Source: Folioceros fuciformis
Lineage: Eukaryota
NCBI GenBank assembly: GCA_049999805.1
Contig: JBNGIO010006148.1
Location: 167,553 to 188,942, forward strand
Length of the DNA: 21,390 bases
Direction: 5' to 3'
The stretch's first letter is position 1, and every line of letters starts with the position of its first letter. The position numbers and the translations under genes were made by a program. The notes below the pieces were generated by a model that was not told the origin of the DNA, did no database searches, and saw nothing but the letters and a program-made list of their open reading frames with translations. Below, in pieces: positions 21,074 through 21,390 of this stretch.

Positions 21074-21333
21074 TGTTAGAATCAAGCTCTAACTGAATTG
21101 TTATTAAGAGCATACACCACTTAGGATAGTGTAGATTATCCCATATTGAACTCGTAGTTATCTACCACCTAAGTGTTATCAGGATATATCATGATATACC
21201 AGGATATTGCACCCTCGAGACTAAGGCTTACCTAGTCGAGGGTTGCCCCGCCTGAAGGCTATATATGTAGCATCTTGTGCACCATAAGGAATGTACTGTG
21301 GAGTCCATCTAAGCTAGTGGTGCTATTTCAACA
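21074..21333 (+). mobile_element. 5' LTR (~260 bp) of a second LTR retrotransposon family, continuing beyond the window
   Basis: TGTTAGAAT...ATTTCAACA ends, ctatatat near 21260, PBS directly after. The left boundary is inferred. Confidence 0.8.
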
Positions 21334-21345
21334 TGGTATCAGAGC
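21334..21345 (+). promoter_or_regulatory. Primer binding site (tRNA-iMet)
   Basis: TGGTATCAGAGC abutting the CA end of the LTR. Confidence 0.92.
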
Positions 21346-21390
21346 CAGAGAGCATCGGTGGCCATGGTGGCTATGGCAGGGGTTTGAGGC

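Overview
Eukaryotic nuclear DNA, most likely from a land plant. This is inferred from the plant tRNA-iMet PBS TGGTATCAGAGC, a plant-type L1 ORF1 and GT-AG introns; a CRE-like fragment hints at a non-seed plant. The window is rich in transposons and repeats. Best-supported elements: a complete 788-bp miniature Copia-derived LTR element (2698-3485, minus) that interrupts a small ORF; a third, truncated copy of that family (18816-19249); a nonsense-mutated LINE ORF1 with a CCHC knuckle (19251-21073) cut by a second LTR element (LTR 21074-21333 plus PBS); a decayed CRE-type endonuclease fragment; a candidate 150-bp Helitron; and several minisatellites. Between these lies a minus-strand cluster of degenerate, rearranged paralogous segments of a family I cannot name. 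It includes two 'MAG..W..ELPTG' ORFs with the same splice/start context, one carrying about 32 Tyr-rich acidic heptad repeats. No CRISPR array, tRNA, rRNA or recognisable housekeeping gene was found. All alignments were done by eye.
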